From: Aggregatilineales bacterium
GTDB lineage: Bacteria > Chloroflexota > Anaerolineae > Aggregatilineales > J027
NCBI GenBank assembly: GCA_965215855.1
Contig: CBDCER010000002.1
Location: 324,367 to 388,366 of the forward strand
Direction of reading: 5' to 3'
Length of the DNA stretch: 64,000 nt
Below, piece after piece: positions 44,643 to 54,280 of the stretch (position 1 is its first letter; every line of letters starts with the position of its first letter). The translations under genes were made by a program, and so were the position numbers. The notes under the pieces were generated by a model. The model searched no databases. It was given only the letters and a program-made list of their open reading frames with translations, and was not told where the DNA came from.

Positions 44643-45915
44643 GGCTGCTGATAATCAACAATAAGCCAACGGCAATAAAACTGGTCAACAGGGAAGAGCC
44701 ACCATAGCTGACAAAAGGCAATGTCACACCAGTCAGAGGCCACAGCCGCAATGTGCCCCCCATGATCAAGAGGCTCTGCGTCGCCAACATCAGGCTCAAC
44801 CCCGCTGCTAAGAATGCGGCGAAAGGGCGCGGTTGGTTCAATATGGCGATCCGCAGGCCGCGTACAATAATCAGTGCCAACGCCATCAGCAAACCCAACA
44901 CGCCAATCAGTCCCCACTCCTCGGCAATGGCGGCAAACACAAAATCGGAATGGGCCACTGGAATAAAAGTGGGGATACCCTGGCCGATGCCAGCACCAGT
45001 GAGGCCGCCAGCCGCCACTGCCATTAAGCTTTGCACAATTTGAAAAGCGCGGCCCTCGGCGTCGGCCCAGGGATTGAGCCATACATCAACACGCAGTGCC
45101 ACAACATCGAAGGCCAGATAGCTCGCCAGCGTCGCCAGCACCAACAATACACCGCCCCCCACCAACAACAGCCATTGTCCGCTGGCGACATACAACATCA
45201 AGATAAACACGGCAAAGAAAATCGAGGCTGTGCCCAGATCGCGTTGCCAGATCAAAATGACAATGCTCAATCCGAACATGGGCAGGGTTGGGATCAGAAA
45301 TCGTAGTGAGGGCATCACTAGGGAACCTAGCTTGATATTTTCTTGGCGGAGTGTCTGCCAGTGTCGCGCACAATAATTCGCCAGGAATACCACCAGCAGG
45401 ATTTTGAGCAACTCTGACGGTTGATAGTAGATCACACCGCCCCCCAACCATAAACGCGGCCCAAAACCCGACGGGTTGACCCCCCAACGTATGGTGGTCG
45501 CCAGCATCACAATGCCGCCCCATAACCATACCGACTGATAACGTCGCAGCCAGTCTAAACTTAATGGCAAATAAAGGAGGCTGACTACCGCCATCGTGCT
45601 GATGACCAGCCAGCCAGTCTGTCGATCTGCAAATGTTGGGGCCAACCGGTCGATGATATTCAGCCCCCATCCTACCAGCAACATCATGGCAGGCAGGATA
45701 TACAAATCGCGCTGAGGCAACCGCCGGTTGAGTGCAACATGCAACAACACCGCACACAATATCCAGATTCCCACCGGCCATAAATCCCACAGGGAACGGT
45801 CTTGCACCTGAATCAAATTCACCTGGTTAATAGCAACAAACACGCCTGCCACCATCAGCAGCAGGCATTCGCGTGTTCTTATGATCGAGGGCAATGAATC
45901 GGGTAAAGGCTGCAC
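44623..45915 (-). CDS. FtsW/RodA/SpoVE (SEDS) family peptidoglycan polymerase
   Basis: 430 aa and polytopic. Motifs: PSELLKILLVVFLANY, RDLGTASIFF, AHSDFVFAAIAEEWGLIG, PFVSYGGSS. Confidence 0.9.
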   Translation of the reverse strand: MQPLPDSLPSIIRTRECLLLMVAGVFVAINQVNLIQVQDRSLWDLWPVGIWILCAVLLHVALNRRLPQRDLYILPAMMLLVGWGLNIIDRLAPTFADRQTGWLVISTMAVVSLLYLPLSLDWLRRYQSVWLWGGIVMLATTIRWGVNPSGFGPRLWLGGGVIYYQPSELLKILLVVFLANYCARHWQTLRQENIKLGSLVMPSLRFLIPTLPMFGLSIVILIWQRDLGTASIFFAVFILMLYVASGQWLLLVGGGVLLVLATLASYLAFDVVALRVDVWLNPWADAEGRAFQIVQSLMAVAAGGLTGAGIGQGIPTFIPVAHSDFVFAAIAEEWGLIGVLGLLMALALIIVRGLRIAILNQPRPFAAFLAAGLSLMLATQSLLIMGGTLRLWPLTGVTLPFVSYGGSSLLTSFIAVGLLLIISSHDSRTS

Positions 45916-45926
45916 GCGCCGAATAA

Positions 45927-46793
45927 TCAGTCCAACATACTTTGTAGGAACAGACGCATTTTCTCCCGCCGTTCATCCGAAATGAGATTCGGGTCCGTAG
46001 TCAATGTGCCTTTCAGCGCACTGTGGGCCGGAGTCGGTTCGGTCAATGCGGCGATTTTCGGAATCGCGCCAGTAATGACACGCTGAATCAATTCAAGATT
46101 TTCGGCAAAAGCCGCCATCACCTCACCCACACTTACTTCACTTTCATACCAGACATCATAATCGGTGACGACAGCCATCACGGCATAACTAATCTCGGCT
46201 TCGCGGGCCAGGAATGCTTCGGGCGAGGTCGTCATGCCAATAATATCCATGCCCCACTGACGAAAGAGGTTGCTCTCAGCTTTGGTACTAAAGCGCGGTC
46301 CTTCACACGTGATGAAATTGCCCTGGCGATGCACCGTGCCGCCTTGCTCATCAATAGTATCGGCCAGCACCCCGCGCAATTGGTTACAAAATGGCTCGGC
46401 GACGCCGACATGAGCCACCAGCCCTTGCCCAAAGAACGAGTAGGAGCGTAACCCCTTGGTGAAATCAACCAGTTGATCGGGCACAACAATATGGCCGGGC
46501 GCATAATCTTCGCGCAAGGAGCCACATGCGCTGACTGCCATGATGTATTGCACGCCCAAAGATTTCAGGGCGTAGATGTTGGCACGATAGGGAACTTCGC
46601 TGGGCGTTAGCATATGGCCGCGCCCATGCCGGGGGATAAATGCCACGCGTTGTTCACCAATGGTAACCGTAATGACATTATCGCTGGGTGGGCCGAACGG
46701 TGTATGAATAACGTGTTCCTGTTTATCGGTCAATGCCTCCATCTGATAGAGGCCAGTGCCGCCAATGATCCCGATGGTACTATCTGTAGTCAT
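45927..46793 (-). CDS. mtnP: S-methyl-5'-thioadenosine phosphorylase
   Basis: Begins MTTDSTIGIIGGTGLY and contains FIPRHGRGH and GMTTSPEA. The internal ATG at 46793 has a GAGGA RBS and is preferred over 46871. Confidence 0.9.
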   Translation of the reverse strand: MTTDSTIGIIGGTGLYQMEALTDKQEHVIHTPFGPPSDNVITVTIGEQRVAFIPRHGRGHMLTPSEVPYRANIYALKSLGVQYIMAVSACGSLREDYAPGHIVVPDQLVDFTKGLRSYSFFGQGLVAHVGVAEPFCNQLRGVLADTIDEQGGTVHRQGNFITCEGPRFSTKAESNLFRQWGMDIIGMTTSPEAFLAREAEISYAVMAVVTDYDVWYESEVSVGEVMAAFAENLELIQRVITGAIPKIAALTEPTPAHSALKGTLTTDPNLISDERREKMRLFLQSMLD

Positions 46794-46928
46794 AGTAATC
46801 CTCAAATTTCCTATCAGCCGTTGCAAGTATAGCAAAAGGGGAACTGCTTGCAACTGATGTTTGCAGTTCAACGCATCTCAGATTAGGATTAACGGGAAAA
46901 TACTCGCAATTATTAGGAAGGTAAACCG

Positions 46929-48764
46929 ATGTCAACCCCTTATGATGGCAAGGTTGCATTGTGGCATTGGAAAGGCTCGTCCGTCAGCGAAGACACCATC
47001 GAAGACCTGGCCCGCACCATTCGGCAGTGGTCTCCCCACGTTAAACAGATATGGGTTAAGACAACGGATGGCACCGATTGGATGGGGCGTTTTGACTCCG
47101 ATAACCCGCTGGCGATCACTGGCCCGGCGGCCATCGCACGTTGGGCACAGGTGTTAGAGGCCAATGGCCTCGAGCTTCATGCTTGGTGTGTGCCAAAAGG
47201 CCAGGACGTGGTAGCCGAGGCGGATCTTATCATCGAAACTTGCAATGTGCCCGGCGTTCGCAGCATGATTCTCGATATTGAGCCTTATCAGGGATTTTGG
47301 AGCGGTGGGCGCGAGAATATCCGGCCCTTTATGACACGCTTGCGACGGGGTGTTGGTGGGCGATTTCATATTGGGATGAGCGTTGATCCACGCCCGCACC
47401 ACTACAACCGCATTTTTCCCGAAGAATGGCGGCCTTTCGTCAACAGTATCCACCCACAATGTTACTGGGTCTCGTTCGACCGTCCTTTTGACGAAGTCTT
47501 AGACGAAGCCTATCAAGTCTGGGGGCGCTATGGGTTGCCGATTTATCCGGCGCTGCAAGGTAATGCCCAGCCCAGTGATATGACACAGGCCCGTGATTAC
47601 AGCATCAACTTCCATAGCGCAGACGGTGTAAGTTGGTGGCGCTTTGGCGTCATTGGTCCCAGCCAATTCACGGCCATTAACCACCCCATCGGCGATGTGG
47701 ATCCGCCTGGGGATGACGACGGGCCACCCGCCGGGGGGCACTATGGGGCCGAAATCGTTGTAACACCAAATGATCCGGGGTTCCGGGCGGGCACTCACAC
47801 AGGCGAACACCCTGACGACTTGCTGCGGACATTTCGGGGAACATGGGGCTGGGATGTTAAGTATAAAGACACCCGCGCCGATACCAGCACCATCTGGACG
47901 CTGTGGGATCCCAATCTGACGGCAAGCGGTTGGTACGAGGTATCCACGTTTGTTCCAGCTCGGCACGCGACCACCAGCAATGCCCGCTACAAACTGCACG
48001 GCGTTCAGGGAATGCAACGCGAACTACAAATCAAAATCGCGCAATCAGAATATTATAATTTGTGGGTTCCGTTGGGCGTTTTCCAGTTCGATGCCAATAA
48101 TGCGCGGGCTGGTATCGTCTTCTTGAATGACTTGACCTATGAAGATGATCGAGAAATTGCCATTGATGCCATCCGCTATCGTCAGATCATTGGACGTGTT
48201 CCCACTTCAGAATTCCTGGCGGACGGCTATGATCCTCCCATTGGCACGCGCATGGAGCGCCAGGAGGCGAAAGTCTGGCCCGGCCATTGGTTCGATGCAA
48301 CAGGCTATGGTGTGCGCTATTTTCGGGGAACGCCACAGGAAGCCTTTCACACCGGCGCAGACCTGAACCTGAATCGGCCCTATTGGGATGCCGATGCCCG
48401 CAGTCCGGTCTATGCCATGGCATCTGGTGTGGTAACCTTCGCCGGACGGCTGGCAGGCTGGGGCAAAGTGGTGATTATTCGCCATGATCCTCTGGTATCT
48501 ACGGGGCAGGTGATGATGGGCCGCTATGCTCATGTGGAGAATGTGCGCGTCAAAGTGGGAGATCGTGTGCAGCGCGGCCAGCAAGTTGCCAGTGTCGGCA
48601 ATGCCGAGGGTGTCTTCCCATACCATCTGCATGTGGATTTGAGTCCCACGACTGTCCTAGAACGCGCTCCCTGGGATTGGCCGAAGCTCGACCTGAATCG
48701 CCTGCATCAACACTACGTTGACCCACGCAAATTCATTGAAGATAATCGCCCACTATCCCGATAG
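46929..48764 (+). CDS. multidomain cell-wall hydrolase: N-terminal glycoside-hydrolase-like domain, central beta-rich domain, C-terminal M23 peptidase
   Basis: 611 aa. The M23 motifs HTGADLN and PYHLHVDL lie in the last ~170 aa. No N-terminal signal peptide or TM segment is visible. Confidence 0.75.
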   Translation: MSTPYDGKVALWHWKGSSVSEDTIEDLARTIRQWSPHVKQIWVKTTDGTDWMGRFDSDNPLAITGPAAIARWAQVLEANGLELHAWCVPKGQDVVAEADLIIETCNVPGVRSMILDIEPYQGFWSGGRENIRPFMTRLRRGVGGRFHIGMSVDPRPHHYNRIFPEEWRPFVNSIHPQCYWVSFDRPFDEVLDEAYQVWGRYGLPIYPALQGNAQPSDMTQARDYSINFHSADGVSWWRFGVIGPSQFTAINHPIGDVDPPGDDDGPPAGGHYGAEIVVTPNDPGFRAGTHTGEHPDDLLRTFRGTWGWDVKYKDTRADTSTIWTLWDPNLTASGWYEVSTFVPARHATTSNARYKLHGVQGMQRELQIKIAQSEYYNLWVPLGVFQFDANNARAGIVFLNDLTYEDDREIAIDAIRYRQIIGRVPTSEFLADGYDPPIGTRMERQEAKVWPGHWFDATGYGVRYFRGTPQEAFHTGADLNLNRPYWDADARSPVYAMASGVVTFAGRLAGWGKVVIIRHDPLVSTGQVMMGRYAHVENVRVKVGDRVQRGQQVASVGNAEGVFPYHLHVDLSPTTVLERAPWDWPKLDLNRLHQHYVDPRKFIEDNRPLSR

Positions 48765-48773
48765 TCATCAAAA

Positions 48774-48806
48774 AGAGGGTGCAGAACCAACACAACTGCA
48801 CCCTCT
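48774..48806. terminator. bidirectional Rho-independent terminator
   Basis: Perfect 11-bp stem AGAGGGTGCAG / CTGCACCCTCT with an 11-nt loop. It is flanked by AAAA upstream and TTGTTTAT downstream, and lies between convergent genes. Confidence 0.65.
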
Positions 48807-48827
48807 ATTGTTTATCCAGTGCGCGAG

Positions 48828-50174
48828 TTAGAAACCGTGTGCGGCTTCGGCTTCGGCCAATGCTTTATCCAAGATATGCAGTGCTTCGTCAGCAGTCGGC
48901 TTGTCGAGGTTCAATGGTGGCATCAGACGTAGTGTACTGGTGCCACACCCTAGCATCAGCAAGCTATGATTAAAGGCGCGATGCACCACCTCGTTGCGTA
49001 ATTTTTTGGCGGGTTCTTTCGTAGCCTGATCTTTGACCAATTCCACACCAATCATCATGCCCAGGCCACGCACCTGCCCAATGCTCGGGTGGCGGGGAGT
49101 GATTTCTTCCAGCGCATCCATGATATGACCGCCAACCTCGACAGCGTTCTCAATGTAGCCACCCTGGCCCGCATCATCACCCAATAACTCCAATGTCGCC
49201 AGTGATGCAGCGCAGGAGATGGGATTGCCACCGAACGTATTGCCATGTGCGCCGGGTTGCCATTCGCGCATGATACTGTCGCGGGCGATGATAGCTCCCA
49301 ACGGCATCCCGCTGGCGATTCCTTTGGCACTAGTCACGATGTCCGGTTCCACGCTGAAGTGTTCAATCGCCCACCATTTGCCGGTGCGTCCGATACCCGA
49401 TTGTACTTCATCGGCAATCAGCAAAATCCCGTATTTATCGCACAGTTCGCGCAGTGCAGGGAAGAACCTCGGCGGGGGAATGACATAGCCTCCCTCGCCC
49501 TGCACCGGCTCGACCAGGATACCGGCCACCTCGTCTGCCGGAACAATGGTCTGGAAGATCGTCTTCTCGATGTAGTCCACCACGCGCTGGCCGTAATCAT
49601 CATAGCCATCCATATTCAACAGGGGGCGATATGGATTGGGATAGGGGACATGGGTGAAACCCGGCATCATGGGGAAATAGCGGGCACGTTGGACGGGCTT
49701 GCTGGATGTGGCCCCCAAAGACCCCATCGTGCGCCCGTGAAATGAACTGAGAAAGGCGATGAACTGTGGGCGTCGGGTATGAAAACGCGCCAGTTTCAGC
49801 GCCCCTTCGACAGCCTCAGTTCCACTGTTAGCAAAGAAAACCCGTGCCTGCTCTTCAAAGGGGGCAATGGCCGCCAGACGCTCGGCCAGTTGGGTCTGCA
49901 CTGGATAGTAAAAATCAGTACCTGCCATGTGGATGAACTTGTCGGCCTGGTCTTTGATGGCTTGCACAACTTTGGGATGAGAATGACCGGTGGCATTGAC
50001 GGCAATGCCTGTGGTCAGATCCAAATAGCGCCGCCCATCAACATCCCAGACTTCGGCCCCTTTACCATGCGACATCACAAAAGGATAATCGCGGGTATAG
50101 GAGGGAGATACCACCTTGCTATCACGTTCCACAAACTTCTGGGCATTTTGCCCTACATTGAACTCTACTGCCAT
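48828..50174 (-). CDS. class III pyridoxal-phosphate aminotransferase (GABA/acetylornithine aminotransferase-like)
   Basis: Contains DEVQSGIGRTGKWWA and TSAKGIASGMPLGA (PLP Lys). The internal ATG at 50174 has an AAGGAG RBS and is preferred over 50234. Confidence 0.9.
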   Translation of the reverse strand: MAVEFNVGQNAQKFVERDSKVVSPSYTRDYPFVMSHGKGAEVWDVDGRRYLDLTTGIAVNATGHSHPKVVQAIKDQADKFIHMAGTDFYYPVQTQLAERLAAIAPFEEQARVFFANSGTEAVEGALKLARFHTRRPQFIAFLSSFHGRTMGSLGATSSKPVQRARYFPMMPGFTHVPYPNPYRPLLNMDGYDDYGQRVVDYIEKTIFQTIVPADEVAGILVEPVQGEGGYVIPPPRFFPALRELCDKYGILLIADEVQSGIGRTGKWWAIEHFSVEPDIVTSAKGIASGMPLGAIIARDSIMREWQPGAHGNTFGGNPISCAASLATLELLGDDAGQGGYIENAVEVGGHIMDALEEITPRHPSIGQVRGLGMMIGVELVKDQATKEPAKKLRNEVVHRAFNHSLLMLGCGTSTLRLMPPLNLDKPTADEALHILDKALAEAEAAHGF

Positions 50175-50295
50175 TCCACGCAAACTCCTTTGGGGATTTT
50201 TAAACAACCAATACATACTATCGACCAACACCAACAGACAGGTCGATACAATTAGGTTGATTATCCATCAGAAAACACCGTTTGGCGAGAGGAAC

Positions 50296-51012
50296 TCAGA
50301 AATTGGGATGAAACCGATAGCCCAGACCTTGCTCATTGAGAAGATAGACCGGCTTCTTGGGGTCAGCCTCAATCTTTCGACGTAAATGCCAGATATAGAC
50401 GCGCAAATTATCTATATCTTCAGCATAATCATAGCCCCAGACATTTTCGAGCAAAGACCGATAGGAAACGACGCGAGGTGCTTCGCGCACCAATATTTCC
50501 AACAAACGATACTCTGTTGCCGACAGGCGCATTGGCTCGCCCTGAACCGTCACCCGCCGCTTATCCAGATTAATGGTCAAATAGTCATCGCTATAAACCA
50601 GCTTGGAGCGATGTTGAGATGTGGGTTCAGCCACAGCCCGCCGCAATACGGCCTTGGTACGAGCTACCAATACGTCTTTATCATAGGGCTTTTCAAGATA
50701 GTCATCGGCCCCTAGGCTCAGACTATGCACAATCGCTTCTGGTTCTTGATGTGAGGAGACAATAATAATCGGAATATTGCTTATTTCGCGAATACGTTGA
50801 CAGACGGTGTAACCGTCCATAGTGGGCATGTTAATGTCCAGCAAAACCAGATCGGGCCGATGGTGGTATAGTTGGCGCAATCCTTCCTTGCCATCTATGG
50901 CGCTGATAACCTCAAAGCCTTCACTTTCCAGCCGCCACTGAGCCGTCTCCCGGTCCAGATTATCATCTTCAATCAACAATATTTTATATACAATGACAGG
51001 ATTCACCTGCAT
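50296..51012 (-). CDS. OmpR/PhoB-family response regulator
   Basis: The receiver domain has ILLIEDD and DLVLLDINMP. The winged-helix output has LSATEYRLLE ... VYIWHLRRKIE. The internal ATG at 51012 is preferred. No cognate kinase is adjacent. Confidence 0.9.
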   Translation of the reverse strand: MQVNPVIVYKILLIEDDNLDRETAQWRLESEGFEVISAIDGKEGLRQLYHHRPDLVLLDINMPTMDGYTVCQRIREISNIPIIIVSSHQEPEAIVHSLSLGADDYLEKPYDKDVLVARTKAVLRRAVAEPTSQHRSKLVYSDDYLTINLDKRRVTVQGEPMRLSATEYRLLEILVREAPRVVSYRSLLENVWGYDYAEDIDNLRVYIWHLRRKIEADPKKPVYLLNEQGLGYRFHPNF

Positions 51013-51139
51013 CGTTAAACTCCCTAAAACTCCCATACAGTACCTGCACAACCCCGATTTTAGCTGTTACAATGAATTATCGCATATACTTTTCATAATA
51101 ACAAACCCTTATCTAAGCCTGAAATAAGTCACTAAACCC

Positions 51140-53752
51140 ATGTCCAAGAGCAAACGCAAACACTCTCCGTCCCGAAAACAGTATCTCGACATCAAAACTC
51201 AATTTCCCAATGCCATTGTTTTTTTCCGTATGGGTGATTTTTATGAAACTTTTGATGAAGATGCAGAATTGATTGCCCGCGAACTAGACATCACCCTCAC
51301 GAGTCGTCCGTTTAGCAAAGGCAATCGCGTACCGATGGCAGGCGTTCCCCATCACGCTGCCGAAGCCTACATTGCCCGACTGATCGAGAAAGGGTATCAC
51401 GTTGCGGTAGCGGATCAAATCGGCAGCGAACCTGTCAATGGGCTGGTCCCGCGAGAGGTCACGCAAGTTGTCACACCGGGCACAGTCGTCTCGCCAACCA
51501 TGCTCACTGATCGTCAAAACAACTTCTTGCTGGCATTGTTGCCCGAATTGGATTATGAAGGCGACAACTGGTCTCGGGCAGGATTGGCCTATGTGGACAT
51601 CACTACTGGCGAATTTGCAGCCACCGAACTGGATGGCGACAACACGCCAGTCAAAGTATTGGACGAACTGGCCCGCCTGACGCCGCGAGAAGCTTTGATG
51701 CCACAAAGTTGGGCCGAGCGTGGCGTTTCTATGCCATCCGACACGCATCTGACCCCCCTACCTGATTTTCGCTTCGATTTATCCGCAGCGCGTTCAACTT
51801 TGCTGCATCATTTTCAAGTTGCCACATTGACCGGTTTTGGCATTCAGGATCAGCCATTGGCATTACGCGCTGCCGGGGCCATTGTCCACTATTTGCAAGA
51901 AACACAACCCAGCGCACTGCAACACCTAATGACCTTGCGAGCCTATTCGACCAGCAGTTTCATGGCACTCGACACCGCCACGCGCACCAACCTGGAATTA
52001 ACACGTGCGCTGCGAAGTGGTAGTACACGCGGCTCGTTGCTAGAAGTGATTGATCGCACGACAACGGCCATGGGGGCGCGGTTACTACGGAATTGGCTGG
52101 GACAACCGTTGCTAAAACTCGACCATCTTATGGCTCGGTTGGATGCTGTCGAGACCTGCTTTCGCAATGGACAATTGCGGGCAGAGATGATCGTTTTATT
52201 GCGCCAGATCGCCGACCTAGAACGGCTGACCAATCGAGTGGTGATGGGCAAGGCCGGGCCACGCGAAGTGTTGACGCTGGGCAATACCTTGCGCCTGATA
52301 CCCGATGTGCGCGAGCTGATTGCGTCTCATGAAGCCCTGATACCCTTTCTGGAACGTCTCAATCCATTACCGAGCGTCGTAGAAACGATTGAACAGGCGT
52401 TGAATGACGATCCTCCGGCCTTGATGAACCAGATTGGTGTCATCCGTGCAGGATATTCCGAGGAATTGGACGCAGTGTATCACGGATCCAGCGACGCCAA
52501 AGCATATATCAGCAACCTGGAAGCTCACGAACGCCAACGAACTGGCATCAAAAACCTGAAAGTCGGTTATAACAAGGTCTTTGGTTACTATATCGAAGTT
52601 TCACACGCCAACACTAGCCTCGTCCCTGAAGACTACGTCCGTAAACAAACGTTAGTCAACGCTGAACGCTACATCACGCCGGAAATGAAGGAATATGAGA
52701 CGCTAATTCTCAATGCTGAAGCCCGTGCATTGGAGATTGAAACGCGCCTCTATCGCGAACTATGCGGCTTTGTTGCAGGCCACAGTCCCACGCTGCTCGA
52801 TATTGCACGTGTACTGGCACATCTGGATGTATTCGCTGGGTTGGCCGAAGTGGCTGCCCGCGAGGGGTATGTGCGCCCATTGCTAGTCGAGCATGATATT
52901 CTGGAAATCCGCGAGGGCCGTCATCCAGTAGTGGAGCGGGCATTGCAGAGCGAACAGTTTGTGCCCAACGATGCCTATTTCGACAGCGACGAGCGCATTC
53001 TCATCATCACTGGCCCCAATATGTCTGGCAAAAGTGTCTATATGCGCCAGGTGGCCCTGATCGTATTGTTAGCACAAATTGGCTCGTTCGTTCCGGCGCA
53101 ACAGGCGACTATCGGACTTGTAGATCGCATCTTCGCCCGCGTTGGCGCTCAGGACGAAATCTACCGAGGACAATCGACATTTATGGTCGAAATGACGGAA
53201 ACGGCGGTTATCCTATCCCATGCCACATCGCGCAGTCTGGTGCTGCTGGATGAGATCGGGCGTGGAACCAGCACTTACGACGGCATGGCAATCGCGCGGG
53301 CCGTCATCGAATATTTGCACAGCAACCCACGCCTAGGCTGCAAAACGTTGTTCGCCACCCATTACCACGAATTGACCGAGCTGGAACACATCCTGCCGCA
53401 TGTGCGAAATTACAACGTGGCCGTCGCCGACCAGGGCGAGCATGTGGTCTTTTTACACCGTGTAATGCCTGGCGGGGCAGATCAGTCCTATGGGATCTAC
53501 GTGGCAAAATTAGCAGGCGTGCCTAAAGCTGTTGTCAATCGGGCTGACGAGTTACTGGATCAATTGGAAGCTCAAGCCAGCGATTTTCGCCTGAAAAAAC
53601 ATCGCAAGGACAGCGACTACCAGATCTCCTTGTTTGATGATCGTCGCCACCCGGTGATTGAGGCGCTACGCCGCATCGAAGTTGAGAGTCTGAGTCCGAT
53701 AGACGCCATCACCCAGTTGTACGAATTGAAACGGATGCTGGGCGATGAGTGA
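51140..53752 (+). CDS. mutS: DNA mismatch repair protein MutS
   Basis: 870 aa. N-terminal mismatch-binding region FFRMGDFYETF, Walker A GPNMSGKS, and STFMVEM ... DEIGRGTSTYDG. Confidence 0.97.
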   Translation: MSKSKRKHSPSRKQYLDIKTQFPNAIVFFRMGDFYETFDEDAELIARELDITLTSRPFSKGNRVPMAGVPHHAAEAYIARLIEKGYHVAVADQIGSEPVNGLVPREVTQVVTPGTVVSPTMLTDRQNNFLLALLPELDYEGDNWSRAGLAYVDITTGEFAATELDGDNTPVKVLDELARLTPREALMPQSWAERGVSMPSDTHLTPLPDFRFDLSAARSTLLHHFQVATLTGFGIQDQPLALRAAGAIVHYLQETQPSALQHLMTLRAYSTSSFMALDTATRTNLELTRALRSGSTRGSLLEVIDRTTTAMGARLLRNWLGQPLLKLDHLMARLDAVETCFRNGQLRAEMIVLLRQIADLERLTNRVVMGKAGPREVLTLGNTLRLIPDVRELIASHEALIPFLERLNPLPSVVETIEQALNDDPPALMNQIGVIRAGYSEELDAVYHGSSDAKAYISNLEAHERQRTGIKNLKVGYNKVFGYYIEVSHANTSLVPEDYVRKQTLVNAERYITPEMKEYETLILNAEARALEIETRLYRELCGFVAGHSPTLLDIARVLAHLDVFAGLAEVAAREGYVRPLLVEHDILEIREGRHPVVERALQSEQFVPNDAYFDSDERILIITGPNMSGKSVYMRQVALIVLLAQIGSFVPAQQATIGLVDRIFARVGAQDEIYRGQSTFMVEMTETAVILSHATSRSLVLLDEIGRGTSTYDGMAIARAVIEYLHSNPRLGCKTLFATHYHELTELEHILPHVRNYNVAVADQGEHVVFLHRVMPGGADQSYGIYVAKLAGVPKAVVNRADELLDQLEAQASDFRLKKHRKDSDYQISLFDDRRHPVIEALRRIEVESLSPIDAITQLYELKRMLGDE

Positions 53753-54224
53753 TCCTTGGCGCTTTTTCTGCCTAGTTTCGACCCACAACGGGGTGGCACT
53801 ATTAACCACGAATGAGCTAGCACAGGTGGCGCTGGATGCCCTGCAAGACACCGTTGAAAAGCACAATGGACAATTGTGGGGATATGTCATCCTGCCCGCT
53901 TCAGTCCAATTCGTCATCGAGGTCACTTCAGAACGTGCCTATCACCACTATGTAGAGGCGTTCAAAGCTGCCAGTGAACAAGCGTTAATCGAGGCGATTC
54001 AAGCAGGATATGAAGTCTTGCTGGATGCCATCACGTTCTACAACCCAGCCTGGCCGCAACCCGTTCATCATATCTGGCAAAGTGGCTATCAGACCCAACT
54101 GCTGCCGAGCGCCTATGCTCTGTCGAATAAAGTTGCTGATTTAGTGCAGCGTCCGGTAGAGATGGGGTTAGTCAAGCAGCCAGCGGATTGGGCGTTTAGC
54201 AGTTATCAGGTTGATAATACATAG
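53745..54224 (+). CDS. IS200/RAYT-like Y1 transposase-fold protein lacking the HUH motif
   Basis: 159 aa. Its ATG lies inside the last codons of mutS (8-nt overlap). The family pattern is present (IWQSGYQ ..., LVQRPVEMGLVKQPADWAFSSY), but the position of MP-D-H-V-H-L reads LPASVQFV. Confidence 0.6.
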   Translation: MSDPWRFFCLVSTHNGVALLTTNELAQVALDALQDTVEKHNGQLWGYVILPASVQFVIEVTSERAYHHYVEAFKAASEQALIEAIQAGYEVLLDAITFYNPAWPQPVHHIWQSGYQTQLLPSAYALSNKVADLVQRPVEMGLVKQPADWAFSSYQVDNT

Positions 54225-54280
54225 CTGGCTGGTATTCAATCTGGGCGACCCCATTACCGGATCGCCCTGTGCAACATTGC

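Noticed and set aside
45086-45790. 234-aa minus-strand ORF in an alternative frame of the SEDS gene
   Set aside because: It is on the same strand but out of frame with the FtsW/RodA gene. It is Gly/Arg/Cys-rich with no membrane character.
46929-48764. Prophage lysis cassette, suggested by a signal-less M23 hydrolase
   Set aside because: No holin, capsid, terminase, integrase or att-like repeats lie nearby. The flanking genes are housekeeping (mtnP, aminotransferase).
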